A DNA stretch of 64,000 nt from Hyphomonadaceae bacterium (lineage in GTDB: Bacteria; Pseudomonadota; Alphaproteobacteria; Caulobacterales; Aquidulcibacteraceae), in contig JALHOC010000003.1 of the NCBI GenBank assembly GCA_022843225.1, positions 48,290-112,289 on the forward strand, read 5' to 3'. A program made the position numbers and the translations under genes. How positions within the stretch are numbered: the stretch's first letter is position 1; each line of letters begins with the position of its first letter. Below the pieces are notes generated by a model that saw only the letters and a list, made by a program, of their open reading frames with translations, was not told the origin of the DNA and made no database searches. Below, piece after piece: positions 10,011 through 18,803 of this stretch.

Positions 10011-10279
10011 CTTGAATGCCGCTCCAGGCAGGTCGTGCGCGCGCGCGTGATGCGCGGGTCCATGGAGCCGGTTTCCCGGAAGCGCGACAGCGCGGCCTCG
10101 TACTCATCGTACGGCATGGCGCGGGTGATGTTGTCCCATGTGCAGACGCAAACTTGGCTTTCAGGCGGGCATGACGCGTCAAACCGCGTGCGCGCGTCAG
10201 CGGGATAGGGATTGGGCGCGCTCTGCCCGCACGCGGCGAGGAGCAACGCCAACGCCAGAACAGGTGTCTTCAGCCGCAT
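10007..10279 (-). CDS. Small Cys-rich lipoprotein
   Basis: [17 protein letters not shown] lipobox; four further Cys. Confidence 0.75.
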   Translation of the reverse strand: MRLKTPVLALALLLAACGQSAPNPYPADARTRFDASCPPESQVCVCTWDNITRAMPYDEYEAALSRFRETGSMDPRITRARTTCLERHSS

Positions 10280-10333
10280 GTGCGTCTCCGCCCGAGTCGA
10301 ACGGCGTGAGCATAGTCGCATCAGAAGCCGTGG

Positions 10334-10636
10334 TTAAGGCGCTTCCGGCGCGGGGGGCGCGTGCTCGGCCATACATTGCGTCGCAAAGCCCTCGATTTGC
10401 TTCTGCACCGGGCTTTCGGGGCGCTGCGCGGCGGGCAAGCGCTCCAGCCCGTCCAGATCGGCGCGCGGCACATCGGCGGCGATCCGCGCCCATGAGCACG
10501 CGCATACCGCGCGCGGCGCGCCCTGGGCTTCGCACCCGCGCATGAAGTTGAGTTCGTAGGCAGGCGGGTAGCCTGCCTCGGGTTGACTACAAGACGCGCC
10601 GGCGAGCGCAAACAAAGCGACAATAAGACGTTTCAA
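10334..10636 (-). CDS. Small Cys-rich lipoprotein (paralogue of neighbour)
   Basis: TTG start overlapping the upstream stop (TTGA); lipobox-like GASC; same Cys spacing as 10007..10279. Confidence 0.75.
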   Translation of the reverse strand: MKRLIVALFALAGASCSQPEAGYPPAYELNFMRGCEAQGAPRAVCACSWARIAADVPRADLDGLERLPAAQRPESPVQKQIEGFATQCMAEHAPPAPEAP

Positions 10637-12252
10637 TTCGCGCTCTCCTCCAGCAGCCGTCGCGCAATCACCATGGCCTGGATTTCGCCGGCGCCTTCGA
10701 AAATGTTGAGGATGCGCGCATCGGCCAGCACCCGGCTGATCGGATATTCCACCGCGAAGCCATTGCCGCCATGAATTTGCAGCGCATTGTCCGCAGCGGC
10801 CCAGGCGACGCGCGCGGCCAACAATTTCGCCATGCCGGCTTCGAGATCGCAGCGTTTGCCGGAATCCTTCTGCCGCGCCGCGAAGTACGTAATTTGCCGC
10901 GACGCCATGATCTCGGCGGCGATCATCACGAGCTTGTTGGACACGCGCGGGAAATGAAAAATCTCCTGCCCGAACTGTTTGCGCTCGACGGCGTATTTCA
11001 AGCCGAGTTCCAGCGCGCTTTGCGCCACCCCAACCGCGCGCGCGGCGGTTTGGATGCGTGCGCTCTCGAACGTCGCCATTAATTGCTTGAAGCCCTGCCC
11101 TTCTACCCCGCCAAGCAGGTTGGCCGCCGGCACCTTGAAGCCGTCGAAGCCGATCTCGTACTCCTTCATGCCGCGATAGCCGATCACTTCGATCTCGCCG
11201 CCGGACATCCCCGGTGTCGGGAATGGATTGGCGTCATCGCCGCGCTGTTTCGGCGCAAGCAACATCGACAAACCATTGAAGCCGGTTGTGTTCGGATCGG
11301 TGCGCACCAGCATCGTCATCACGTCAGCGCGGGCGGCGTGGGTGATCCAGGTCTTGGCGCCGGTAACGACGTAATGATCGCCCTCTTGCACCGCGCGCGT
11401 GCGCAGCGACCCGAGATCGGAGCCGGTGTTCGGCTCGGTGAACACGGCCGTCGGCAGAATCTCGGCGCTCGCGATCTTCGGCAGCCAATAGGCTTTCTGC
11501 TCCGGCGTGCCGCCGATCAGAATGAGTTCGGCTGCGATTTCGCTACGTGTGCCGAGCGAACCCGTGCCGATCCAGGCGCGCGACAATTCCTCCGACACCA
11601 CGCACATCGCGGTCTTGCCGAGGCCCGCGCCGCCATACTCTTCCGGGATGGTCAGCCCAAACACGCCGAGCGCGCCCATCTCATTGAGCACGTCAAGCGG
11701 GATCAGCTCATCGCGGCAATGCCAGCCATGGGCATGCGGCATGATCTTATCGTCCGCGAACTTGCGGAATTGATCGCGGATCATCTCGGAGTCGGCATCG
11801 AGATTGGTGGTCTCAAAGGTCGCGCGGCCTTGAGCATCGTGCAGCAAAGCGGCGAGACGCGTCTTTTCATCCTGACTGATCGCGACCGTCACGCGCGGCG
11901 CATCGACCCCAAAATCGGCTGGGCGAATGGTCTCGACCTGCGTCATGGGCAAGCCGCCGGCGAGTTGGGCGCTATATTCTGCGACGAGCACTTTGGCCAA
12001 AAGGCTTTCGACCTCGCCCAACTTGCCTTGCGCATGGAGCGCGCGCGCCCAGTCGCGTACTTCGCGCAGGGTTTCGGCATAGGTCGCCACCCAGGCGAGG
12101 CCGTGAACGACATGCTGTTCGCGATCCATGGCGGCGCGGTCCAGGCTGGCGCCTTTCGCCACCCGCCCACGAACGGCCGCGCGCGCCGCGCGCATATAGC
12201 TTTCCGCTGCGTCAGCAACAGCTTCCAATTGACCTACGATCTCAGCACTCAT
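10633..12252 (-). CDS. mcd: Acyl-CoA dehydrogenase, probably (2S)-methylsuccinyl-CoA dehydrogenase
   Basis: ACAD motifs FTEPNTGSDL, GAKTWIT, IFEGAGEIQ; N-terminal extension with HGLAWVATY typical of Mcd; ccr and ecm nearby. Confidence 0.8.
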   Translation of the reverse strand: MSAEIVGQLEAVADAAESYMRAARAAVRGRVAKGASLDRAAMDREQHVVHGLAWVATYAETLREVRDWARALHAQGKLGEVESLLAKVLVAEYSAQLAGGLPMTQVETIRPADFGVDAPRVTVAISQDEKTRLAALLHDAQGRATFETTNLDADSEMIRDQFRKFADDKIMPHAHGWHCRDELIPLDVLNEMGALGVFGLTIPEEYGGAGLGKTAMCVVSEELSRAWIGTGSLGTRSEIAAELILIGGTPEQKAYWLPKIASAEILPTAVFTEPNTGSDLGSLRTRAVQEGDHYVVTGAKTWITHAARADVMTMLVRTDPNTTGFNGLSMLLAPKQRGDDANPFPTPGMSGGEIEVIGYRGMKEYEIGFDGFKVPAANLLGGVEGQGFKQLMATFESARIQTAARAVGVAQSALELGLKYAVERKQFGQEIFHFPRVSNKLVMIAAEIMASRQITYFAARQKDSGKRCDLEAGMAKLLAARVAWAAADNALQIHGGNGFAVEYPISRVLADARILNIFEGAGEIQAMVIARRLLEESAN

Positions 12253-12307
12253 GCGCCCCTCGTTCAGACCCGCAGCCTAACCGAGCTTTTCGCACCTGCG
12301 AAGCGCT

Positions 12308-12997
12308 TCACACTACCGCACCAAAAATGGCCCCGATCCCCGCCGTTATGGCCATGGCGAGCGCGCCCCAGAACATCACCCGGATCGCCGCTCGGCCGGA
12401 CTTGGCGCCGCCTGTTCGCGCGCTCACGACGCCAAGCAGGCCTAGAAAGAACAACGAGGCGATCGATACGGTCCATGACAGCAGCGCCGGGGGCGAGATC
12501 AGCACCACAAGCAACGGCAGCGCCGCGCCGCTGGCAAAGGTTGCGGCCGACGTGAACGCCGCTTGCACGGGCCGCGCGCTGGTGATGTCGGAAATACCGA
12601 GTTCGTCGCGCGCATGCGCGCCAAGCGCATCCTTTGCCATGAGTTGCGCGGCGACCTGTTGGGCGAGGCCGTGATCGAGGCCGCGCGCGACATAGATCGC
12701 TGTCAGTTCTTCAAGTTCAAATTCGGGCTGTGTCGCCAATTCGGCGCGCTCGCGCGCGAGGTCGGCTTGTTCGGTGTCGGACTGCGAACTCACCGACACA
12801 TATTCGCCCGCCGCCATCGACATCGCGCCCGCCACGAGGCCTGCGATCCCAGCGGTCAGGATTTCGCCGCGCGAGGCCTGCGCCGCCGCCACCCCGACAA
12901 TCAAGCTCGCGGTGGAAACAATCCCATCGTTGGCCCCCAGCACGGCCGCGCGCAGCCAACCGATCCGGGCGACAAGGTGGCGTTCGAAATGGGGCAT
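12308..12997 (-). CDS. VIT1/CCC1 family Fe/Mn transporter
   Basis: LRAAVLGANDGIVST, AGAMSMAAGEYVSVSSQ, HARDELG. Confidence 0.95.
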   Translation of the reverse strand: MPHFERHLVARIGWLRAAVLGANDGIVSTASLIVGVAAAQASRGEILTAGIAGLVAGAMSMAAGEYVSVSSQSDTEQADLARERAELATQPEFELEELTAIYVARGLDHGLAQQVAAQLMAKDALGAHARDELGISDITSARPVQAAFTSAATFASGAALPLLVVLISPPALLSWTVSIASLFFLGLLGVVSARTGGAKSGRAAIRVMFWGALAMAITAGIGAIFGAVV

Positions 12998-13044
12998 GGG
13001 GCGATTTCCTGGCTTACTGTGGCCATGCTAGACTAAGAGCTGCA

Positions 13045-13146
13045 ATGGATAGCTTGATTGACGACGATCAGTTGGAGCCCGATCCCTTCGCCGCATTCCA
13101 AGAATGGGCCAGCGAAGACGACGACTTCGCCTACGCCGATCTTTGA
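13045..13146 (+). pseudogene. 33-aa acidic mini-ORF resembling an AbrB/PrlF-type antitoxin C-terminus
   Basis: MDSLIDDDQLEPDPFAAFQEWASEDDDFAYADL*; PFxxFxEWxSExD..AYxxL is familiar from antitoxin C-termini (recall only). Confidence 0.4.
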
Positions 13147-13155
13147 CGCGCGTGA

Positions 13156-14214
13156 CTAACTCATCCACCTCAACACCGTCGCCTCGATCGGGTTGACGAA
13201 GTCACGTCCCTCTTCGCGGCTTTTGGCCCATTCGCGCTTGAGCTTGAGATACCACTTCGCCTGAACGTCGATATCGTCGATCCAAAGCATGGAGGGAGAA
13301 TAGCGTAGGCCTGAGTTCTGCAGATCGACCATGCGGCCATCCTGATCCAAAAACTCACGCCCCGCCGGAATGAGGATCGGCTTCATCACGTCCAAGAGTG
13401 GCGCGTTCTTCCAATAGGTCACTTGGGTGATGCGCGTGGAATTTTCGTTCTCTGGCGTGAGGCAGGTCAGCGTGAACAAGCGCGAGGTTGGGTTCTCCAC
13501 CACCTCCCAGCGAAAGCCCGGCAGCATGAAGCAAATCTCGGTCGTGACCTCGCCGCCAAACAACATGCGATACGCGAGCGAATTGCCGCTCGGCGCGTGA
13601 CGCTCGATCGCCCAGCCGCGCTCGCGCGGCACGAAGCGTTTCTCCTTGAGCTTCTTGCCGGTGCTGGGCGGGCGCCACCACCATTGATTATGCACGTACG
13701 GCACGTGCGCTGGGTCCATCAGGCCGACAACCGCGTTATCCATGGTCGCCGCGAAAATGCGGTGGATGACGAATTTCGGTTCGCGGAAATCGCCCAGATC
13801 GAACATAGGCGGCGCGGGCGGTTCGTCGACGAAGCGCGGATCCGCTGACACATAGATGAGCACGATGCCGTTGGCTTCGTGCGTCGGGTAGTGGCGTACG
13901 CGAATGCGGCTCGCATCATAGGGCTGACCTTCAACCAGCGACGGAATTTGTTTGCACACGCCGTCGCCCGTGCCGAAGCGCCAGCCATGATAGGGGCACT
14001 CCACCGTCTGCACGCCCGCGTTCTCAACGACGCGCCCGGCCGACAAGGGCACGGCGCGATGCGGGCAGATGTCCCTGAGAGCAAACGCGCGGCCTTCGCC
14101 GTCACGCCCCAGCAGAACCGGCTCGCCAAGAATTTCGCGGCGAAACAGTTTTTCGGTCTTCAGCTCGGCCGACGTGGCGGCGAAGTACCAAAGGTCTTTC
14201 AGCAAATCCGTCAT
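13156..14214 (-). CDS. Rieske non-heme iron oxygenase alpha subunit
   Basis: CPHR...CPYHGW Rieske motif; DPAHVPYVH mononuclear-Fe motif; start MTDLLKDLWY. Confidence 0.93.
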   Translation of the reverse strand: MTDLLKDLWYFAATSAELKTEKLFRREILGEPVLLGRDGEGRAFALRDICPHRAVPLSAGRVVENAGVQTVECPYHGWRFGTGDGVCKQIPSLVEGQPYDASRIRVRHYPTHEANGIVLIYVSADPRFVDEPPAPPMFDLGDFREPKFVIHRIFAATMDNAVVGLMDPAHVPYVHNQWWWRPPSTGKKLKEKRFVPRERGWAIERHAPSGNSLAYRMLFGGEVTTEICFMLPGFRWEVVENPTSRLFTLTCLTPENENSTRITQVTYWKNAPLLDVMKPILIPAGREFLDQDGRMVDLQNSGLRYSPSMLWIDDIDVQAKWYLKLKREWAKSREEGRDFVNPIEATVLRWMS

Positions 14215-14269
14215 TGCGCGCCCGCTCTCAGGGAAAGTGGGAGCCGGTTTTCCGTTCGAGAGCGGGCCA

Positions 14270-14497
14270 TCATGAAGACATGTAATACAAGATCGCCGGG
14301 AGGCCGACAAAGCCCAGCGTCGCCGATGCGACGATCCCGCACAGGCAAAGCAGCGCGTAAACGCCGCGCCGCAATCGCGTTTCAGGCGGTCGCGCCCGGT
14401 TGAGCGCCCCGCCCATAAACAGGATCATGCCCAACGATCCCGCGACCACGCCCGCGAGCGCGGCGAGATAGAGCGCGAATTGGAGCAGTAAGACCAA
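14270..14497 (-). CDS. Small 2-TM membrane protein
   Basis: 75-aa hydrophobic ORF filling the gap in the minus-strand run; TTG start. Confidence 0.55.
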   Translation of the reverse strand: MVLLLQFALYLAALAGVVAGSLGMILFMGGALNRARPPETRLRRGVYALLCLCGIVASATLGFVGLPAILYYMSS

Positions 14498-14498
14498 G

Positions 14499-14942
14499 TT
14501 AGCGCGCCGCCACGGTCACGCGGAACACGTCCGTCGGCGGCTCATTGGTTTCCCAAGGCCGGCGTTGTTCCATCACGATCTCACCCTCGCCTGGCGCGGT
14601 GGCGACAAACATCGTTACCTCCCAATGATTGCCGCCGGTGAAGCCGGGCTGGCTTTGCGCGGCGCTGGTGTTGCCGCTCGCTTCGCCCGCGCGCTGCACA
14701 AACGCAGGCATTTGCGCCGGCGCCCAGATATAGCCCGCCGTCGGCACGCCAACGAGTTCAATCGCGAAACGCTGATTCACCGCGACCTCGACGCGCTGGT
14801 TGTTCTTCTCGGCGCCAATACGAACGATGACATCCTGCGGCGTCGGCGCCGGGACGGCTTGCGACACAGGCGCCTCCTCTTTCGCTTGCTGCGCTGGCGC
14901 GCACGCCGCCAACGCCAATACCGCGATCATCATGCGTATCAT
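14499..14942 (-). CDS. Chagasin-like (I42) protease inhibitor lipoprotein
   Basis: Lipobox LAAC; ELVGVPTAGYIW and QRRPWE loops. Confidence 0.82.
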   Translation of the reverse strand: MIRMMIAVLALAACAPAQQAKEEAPVSQAVPAPTPQDVIVRIGAEKNNQRVEVAVNQRFAIELVGVPTAGYIWAPAQMPAFVQRAGEASGNTSAAQSQPGFTGGNHWEVTMFVATAPGEGEIVMEQRRPWETNEPPTDVFRVTVAAR

Positions 14943-16420
14943 TGTTGCATAGCTCCCGCTTCCATCAAGCCGATATAGAACCGGATCATGCGATCGAGGT
15001 TATCGATCGTCAGCCGCTCGTTGTTGCCGTGAATGCCGTCGAGGTCTTCCTGCGCGACCAGCATCGGTTGGAAGCGATATACGTTCTCAGCAACATCCGC
15101 ATAGTGGCGCGAGTCCGTGCCCGCGATCACCAAGCCAGGCGCCACCGGCGCCTCTGGCAGGATTTCACGCGAGAGCGCCGCGATCAGCGCGTAGCTCGAC
15201 GATGTTGTGCTGGATATGCCGCTGGCCTCACGCGGCGGCTCGGCCCACTCCACCGTGACGCCCTCCAGATGCGCCACCGCCTGGCGCGCGCGGCGGAGGA
15301 TGTCCTCCGACGTGTCGCGCGGATGCAGGCGAAAATTGATCATGGCTTCCGCTTCCGCCGGCATCACGTTCGGTCGCACGCCGGCGTTCATCATTGTTGG
15401 CGCGACGGTCGTGCCCATGAGCGCCATGGCTGGCGGGCTTGACTGCAAACGTTGGCGCAACACTGGCCCAAGCAACCATTCGTTCGAGATGGCGACGCGG
15501 TTGGTGAGCGAAAGCTCGGGCGCAAGCGCGCGCATCATCGCCAAGGCCGGGCCGCCTTCGAGGCTTCGCTGGATTGGCATGGCGTGAATACGATCCACCG
15601 CCTCGGCCAACAGCGACACCGCCGTTTCGGGCGGCGGCATCGACGAATGCCCGGGCTGCGCGACAGCGCGCACGCGAAGGGTCGCACCGCCCTTTTCCGC
15701 AATCCCGATCATCGAAGCGGGACCGCCGGTGAGCGGATGCCGCTCTAGCGCCGCCATGCCCTCATCGATGACAAACCACGCGCGCACGCCGCGCTCGGCG
15801 AGCAAGGCGGCGATACGCACCGCCCCTTCGCCGCCGCCAATCTCTTCGTCATGGCCGAACGCAAACATGATCGTGCGTGTCGGGCGCCGCCCTTGCACAG
15901 CCAAGAACTCGGCGGCTTCCAACAAGCCGACCAGCGAACCTTTATCGTCGGTTGCGCCGCGCCCCCACACCGCGCCATCGCGCACCGTGCCTATGAATGG
16001 ATCGGTCCGCCAATCAGCGCGCGTCACGTCCGGCGCCGGCACGACATCCTGGTGCGCCAGCATCACGATCGGCGGTTGCGCGGGATCGCTGCCTTCCCAG
16101 GTGTAGAGCAGCGAAAGCTCGCCGACGAGTTCGCGGCGAGCGACTGCGTGAAAATTGGGATACGTCGCCAACATCCAGGCATGAAATTGCTGAAACGGCG
16201 TGCGATCATCGGTCTCCGCCACCAACGAGACGGTCCTGAAACGGATCGCCTGCGCCAAACGGTCTGCCGCTGCATTCGTATCGATCGCGTAAGCGCTGGT
16301 TTCGGGGGCGGCGATCTCGGTTGGCGGCGGAGGTGCGGTGAAGGTCGCGGTGCGGTAGCCGGCAAACCCCACCAACGTGGCCAGACCCAGCGCTATCGCC
16401 GCCACAATAAGACGCACCAT
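14939..16420 (-). CDS. M20 metallopeptidase (carboxypeptidase S/PM20D1-like), N-terminally anchored
   Basis: AHQDVVP, GRGATDDKG, GHDEE, PGHSSMP, GTDSRHY, IHGNNE. Confidence 0.92.
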   Translation of the reverse strand: MVRLIVAAIALGLATLVGFAGYRTATFTAPPPPTEIAAPETSAYAIDTNAAADRLAQAIRFRTVSLVAETDDRTPFQQFHAWMLATYPNFHAVARRELVGELSLLYTWEGSDPAQPPIVMLAHQDVVPAPDVTRADWRTDPFIGTVRDGAVWGRGATDDKGSLVGLLEAAEFLAVQGRRPTRTIMFAFGHDEEIGGGEGAVRIAALLAERGVRAWFVIDEGMAALERHPLTGGPASMIGIAEKGGATLRVRAVAQPGHSSMPPPETAVSLLAEAVDRIHAMPIQRSLEGGPALAMMRALAPELSLTNRVAISNEWLLGPVLRQRLQSSPPAMALMGTTVAPTMMNAGVRPNVMPAEAEAMINFRLHPRDTSEDILRRARQAVAHLEGVTVEWAEPPREASGISSTTSSSYALIAALSREILPEAPVAPGLVIAGTDSRHYADVAENVYRFQPMLVAQEDLDGIHGNNERLTIDNLDRMIRFYIGLMEAGAMQQ

Positions 16421-16495
16421 GATCCCTGCTCCCTCGGGCCAAGCATAGCGCCCTTGGGGTCAGACTCGTCAACCGCTCAAACCTGCTAGCGCGCC

Positions 16496-16951
16496 TCAGC
16501 CGCGCGCGACGACTTCGGCCTCGACCCGCGGCGCCTTCGGCCAAAGCACCTTGTCAATGCCGTGCAACACCCCGTTGGCGGCGATGATGTCCGGACGCAC
16601 GATCAAGGCGCCATTCACGCTAATGGCCTCGTCGCCCTTGATGACGAGTTCGCTGCCTTCAACGGACTTGCCGCGAATGCGCCGCCCCTTGAGGCGCTCG
16701 GTCAACACCTGGCCGCTCACCAGATGCACCGACACGACAGCCTTCAACAGCTCGTCATGCGACGCATTATTGAGTTTCTCTAAGGTGGCCTGCGGGAACT
16801 TCGCGAACGCCTCATCGGTTGGGGCGAACACGGTGTGCTTGGCCTCGGCCTGCAACAGGTCCGTCAGCCCGATTTGATCCACCATCGCGAGAAAGGTCGT
16901 GAACCCGCCGGCGCGGCGCGCGACTTGTATGATGGTGTGCGGAACGGACAA
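16496..16951 (-). CDS. Fasciclin (FAS1) domain protein
   Basis: TVFAPTDEAF, HLVSG, NGVLHGIDKVL; TTG start with SD AGGAG. Confidence 0.92.
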   Translation of the reverse strand: MSVPHTIIQVARRAGGFTTFLAMVDQIGLTDLLQAEAKHTVFAPTDEAFAKFPQATLEKLNNASHDELLKAVVSVHLVSGQVLTERLKGRRIRGKSVEGSELVIKGDEAISVNGALIVRPDIIAANGVLHGIDKVLWPKAPRVEAEVVARG

Positions 16952-17016
16952 CGCTTTTCTCCTGCTCCAGGCCCCGCGGCTGGAGCATGATCAGTGTTTC
17001 ATTTCCAAAGTGCGCC

Positions 17017-17057
17017 GCGACGAGCGCATCAGGCTCTAAAGCCGACGCACTCGTCGC
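17017..17057 (-). terminator. Stem-loop 3' of cold-shock gene
   Basis: GCGACGAGCGC...GCACTCGTCGC with inner GGCT/AGCC stem; weak U-tract. Confidence 0.45.
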
Positions 17058-17068
17058 TTGCGCATCGA

Positions 17069-17275
17069 TTAGGCGGCCCGAAGGTTCGTCGCGGACTCGC
17101 GGCCGCGTTGATCCTTTTCCATGTCGAACGAGATCTTTTGCCCGTCGATCAGGCCACGCATGCCCGCGCGTTCAACGGCGGAAATGTGCACGAACACATC
17201 CTTGCCGCCCGTATCCGGCGCGATGAAGCCGAAGCCCTTTTGGGTGTTGAAAAACTTAACTGTACCAGTAGCCAT
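17069..17275 (-). CDS. cspA: Cold-shock protein
   Basis: MATGTVKFFNTQKGFGFI (RNP1), DVFVHISA (RNP2). Confidence 0.97.
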   Translation of the reverse strand: MATGTVKFFNTQKGFGFIAPDTGGKDVFVHISAVERAGMRGLIDGQKISFDMEKDQRGRESATNLRAA

Positions 17276-17458
17276 GACCGTCTCCACATAGGGTCGTGTT
17301 ACCCGCCCAGGATCATCCCGGCGGGTTCGAACTCGAAGGAAACAGCTGAGAAACCGGCGCGACAGCGAGGGGATCAGTGCGTGACGCGACGAAGAACGAT
17401 GGCGGCTACATAGGGGCTCGCGCCTGGAAAGTCCAGGAATGATCACACTGCGACGTTT

Positions 17459-18247
17459 TCAGCTCAGCGCGCCCATCGCCGCGCGCGTTGCATCGTCCGC
17501 GGGAAACAGCAGTTCCAAGCGCAAATCGCGCACCGCCGCGTCTTCGTTGGTGCCGAAATGCGTGATCGCTGAAAGGAACCGCAATTCGCCCGTCGGCGTC
17601 CTGAGCGCGAGCGGCACTAAGGGCCGCCGCGGTTGCGCGGGCTTAGGCGGCGGATGGCGCCGCGCGGCTTCCTCCAAAAGCTTAAGCAAATCGGCGAACA
17701 CCGCATCGCCGCCCGCTTCCAAAGCCTCCAGCCGGATACGCCCGATCATCTCATCGAGCACTTCGCCGAAATTGACGATGAGGTCCGGCGCCAGCGGGCT
17801 TTGCGCCAACATCCGCACCATGTTCATTTCGCCGCTCTGCCCATGCAATGGCGCCAGCAACGCACGCGCGGTTTCGTTGGCGTCATGCAGTGTCCAATAA
17901 CGATCGCACAGCATGGCGGGGTTCGGCGCATGGCGCGCCATCATTTCGGACAACACGGCGCGCAAAGGCCCCAGCGCCTCAGCGTCCAGCGGCGTTGACG
18001 GATAAAGCGGCGCGAACCCCGCCGCGATCAGCAACGCATTACGTGACGCGCGCGGGATCACCATCGCGTCCGCCAATGTCAGCACCATGTCGCGGCTCGG
18101 CTTGGCGCGGTTGGTTTCCAGGAACGACAGGTGCCGGGCCGAGGCGCCCGCAGCCAACGCTAGATCGAGCTGGCTTAAGCCACGCTGTTGCCGCCACGCG
18201 CGCAGCGCATCGCCAAAACTGGACGGGGCCTCAACGAGTGAACTCAT
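17459..18247 (-). CDS. XRE-family HTH regulator with MmyB-like ligand-binding domain
   Basis: WRQQRGLSQLDLA..SARHLSFLETNRAKPSR, RNALLIAAGFAP, LRLELLFPAD. Confidence 0.92.
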   Translation of the reverse strand: MSSLVEAPSSFGDALRAWRQQRGLSQLDLALAAGASARHLSFLETNRAKPSRDMVLTLADAMVIPRASRNALLIAAGFAPLYPSTPLDAEALGPLRAVLSEMMARHAPNPAMLCDRYWTLHDANETARALLAPLHGQSGEMNMVRMLAQSPLAPDLIVNFGEVLDEMIGRIRLEALEAGGDAVFADLLKLLEEAARRHPPPKPAQPRRPLVPLALRTPTGELRFLSAITHFGTNEDAAVRDLRLELLFPADDATRAAMGALS

Positions 18248-18357
18248 GCGCCCAGCTAAAGGCGCTCTGACGCCGCTGTCCATGACCTCTGAGGGAATTG
18301 CGGCACTTACCCCGTCTCCGTCACGCTGAGCGCGTCATACCCAAAGGAGAGACCCTG

Positions 18358-18792
18358 ATGACCCCATTCTGGAGAACTTGGCTACGCGTCTGGTGCTGGG
18401 CGACGTTTGCCTTCGGCGTCGTGCTTGCCGTCGCCGTTTTCCCCGCGCTCGATGCGCCGACGCGCTGGTTCTACGATCTCGTGCACTGGCCGCTCGATGG
18501 CGCCAGCTCTTTCGGCGACAATGTGCGCTTCACCTGCGGTGTCTTGGGCGCGGTGATGATCGGCTGGGCGCTAACCATTTTCACCACCGTCGACGCCGCC
18601 GAAAAACTCGGCGCCCCGGTTTGGCGCGCGCTCACTAGCGCGATTGTCGTTTGGTACGTGATCGACAGCGCGATTTCCGTGGCCTCAGGCGCACCAGTGA
18701 ACGCTGTATCCAACACCGTGTTCCTGATCACATTCTTGGCGCCAATCATGGCAAGCGGCGTGCTGGGTGGGGCAACGACTCGGCCAGCGTAG
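18358..18792 (+). CDS. Hypothetical 4-TM membrane protein
   Basis: SD AAGGAG; hydrophobic; WYVIDSAISVASGA..NAVSN; divergent from the XRE regulator. Confidence 0.8.
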   Translation: MTPFWRTWLRVWCWATFAFGVVLAVAVFPALDAPTRWFYDLVHWPLDGASSFGDNVRFTCGVLGAVMIGWALTIFTTVDAAEKLGAPVWRALTSAIVVWYVIDSAISVASGAPVNAVSNTVFLITFLAPIMASGVLGGATTRPA

Positions 18793-18803
18793 GCCAGCGC
18801 GTC

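Noticed and set aside
11083-12555. Long antisense or alternate-frame ORFs (also 20452-21957, 32368-33381, 47707-48720, 60938-61978 and many shorter ones)
   Set aside because: They lie opposite well-supported genes, are Arg/Ala-rich and show no family motifs
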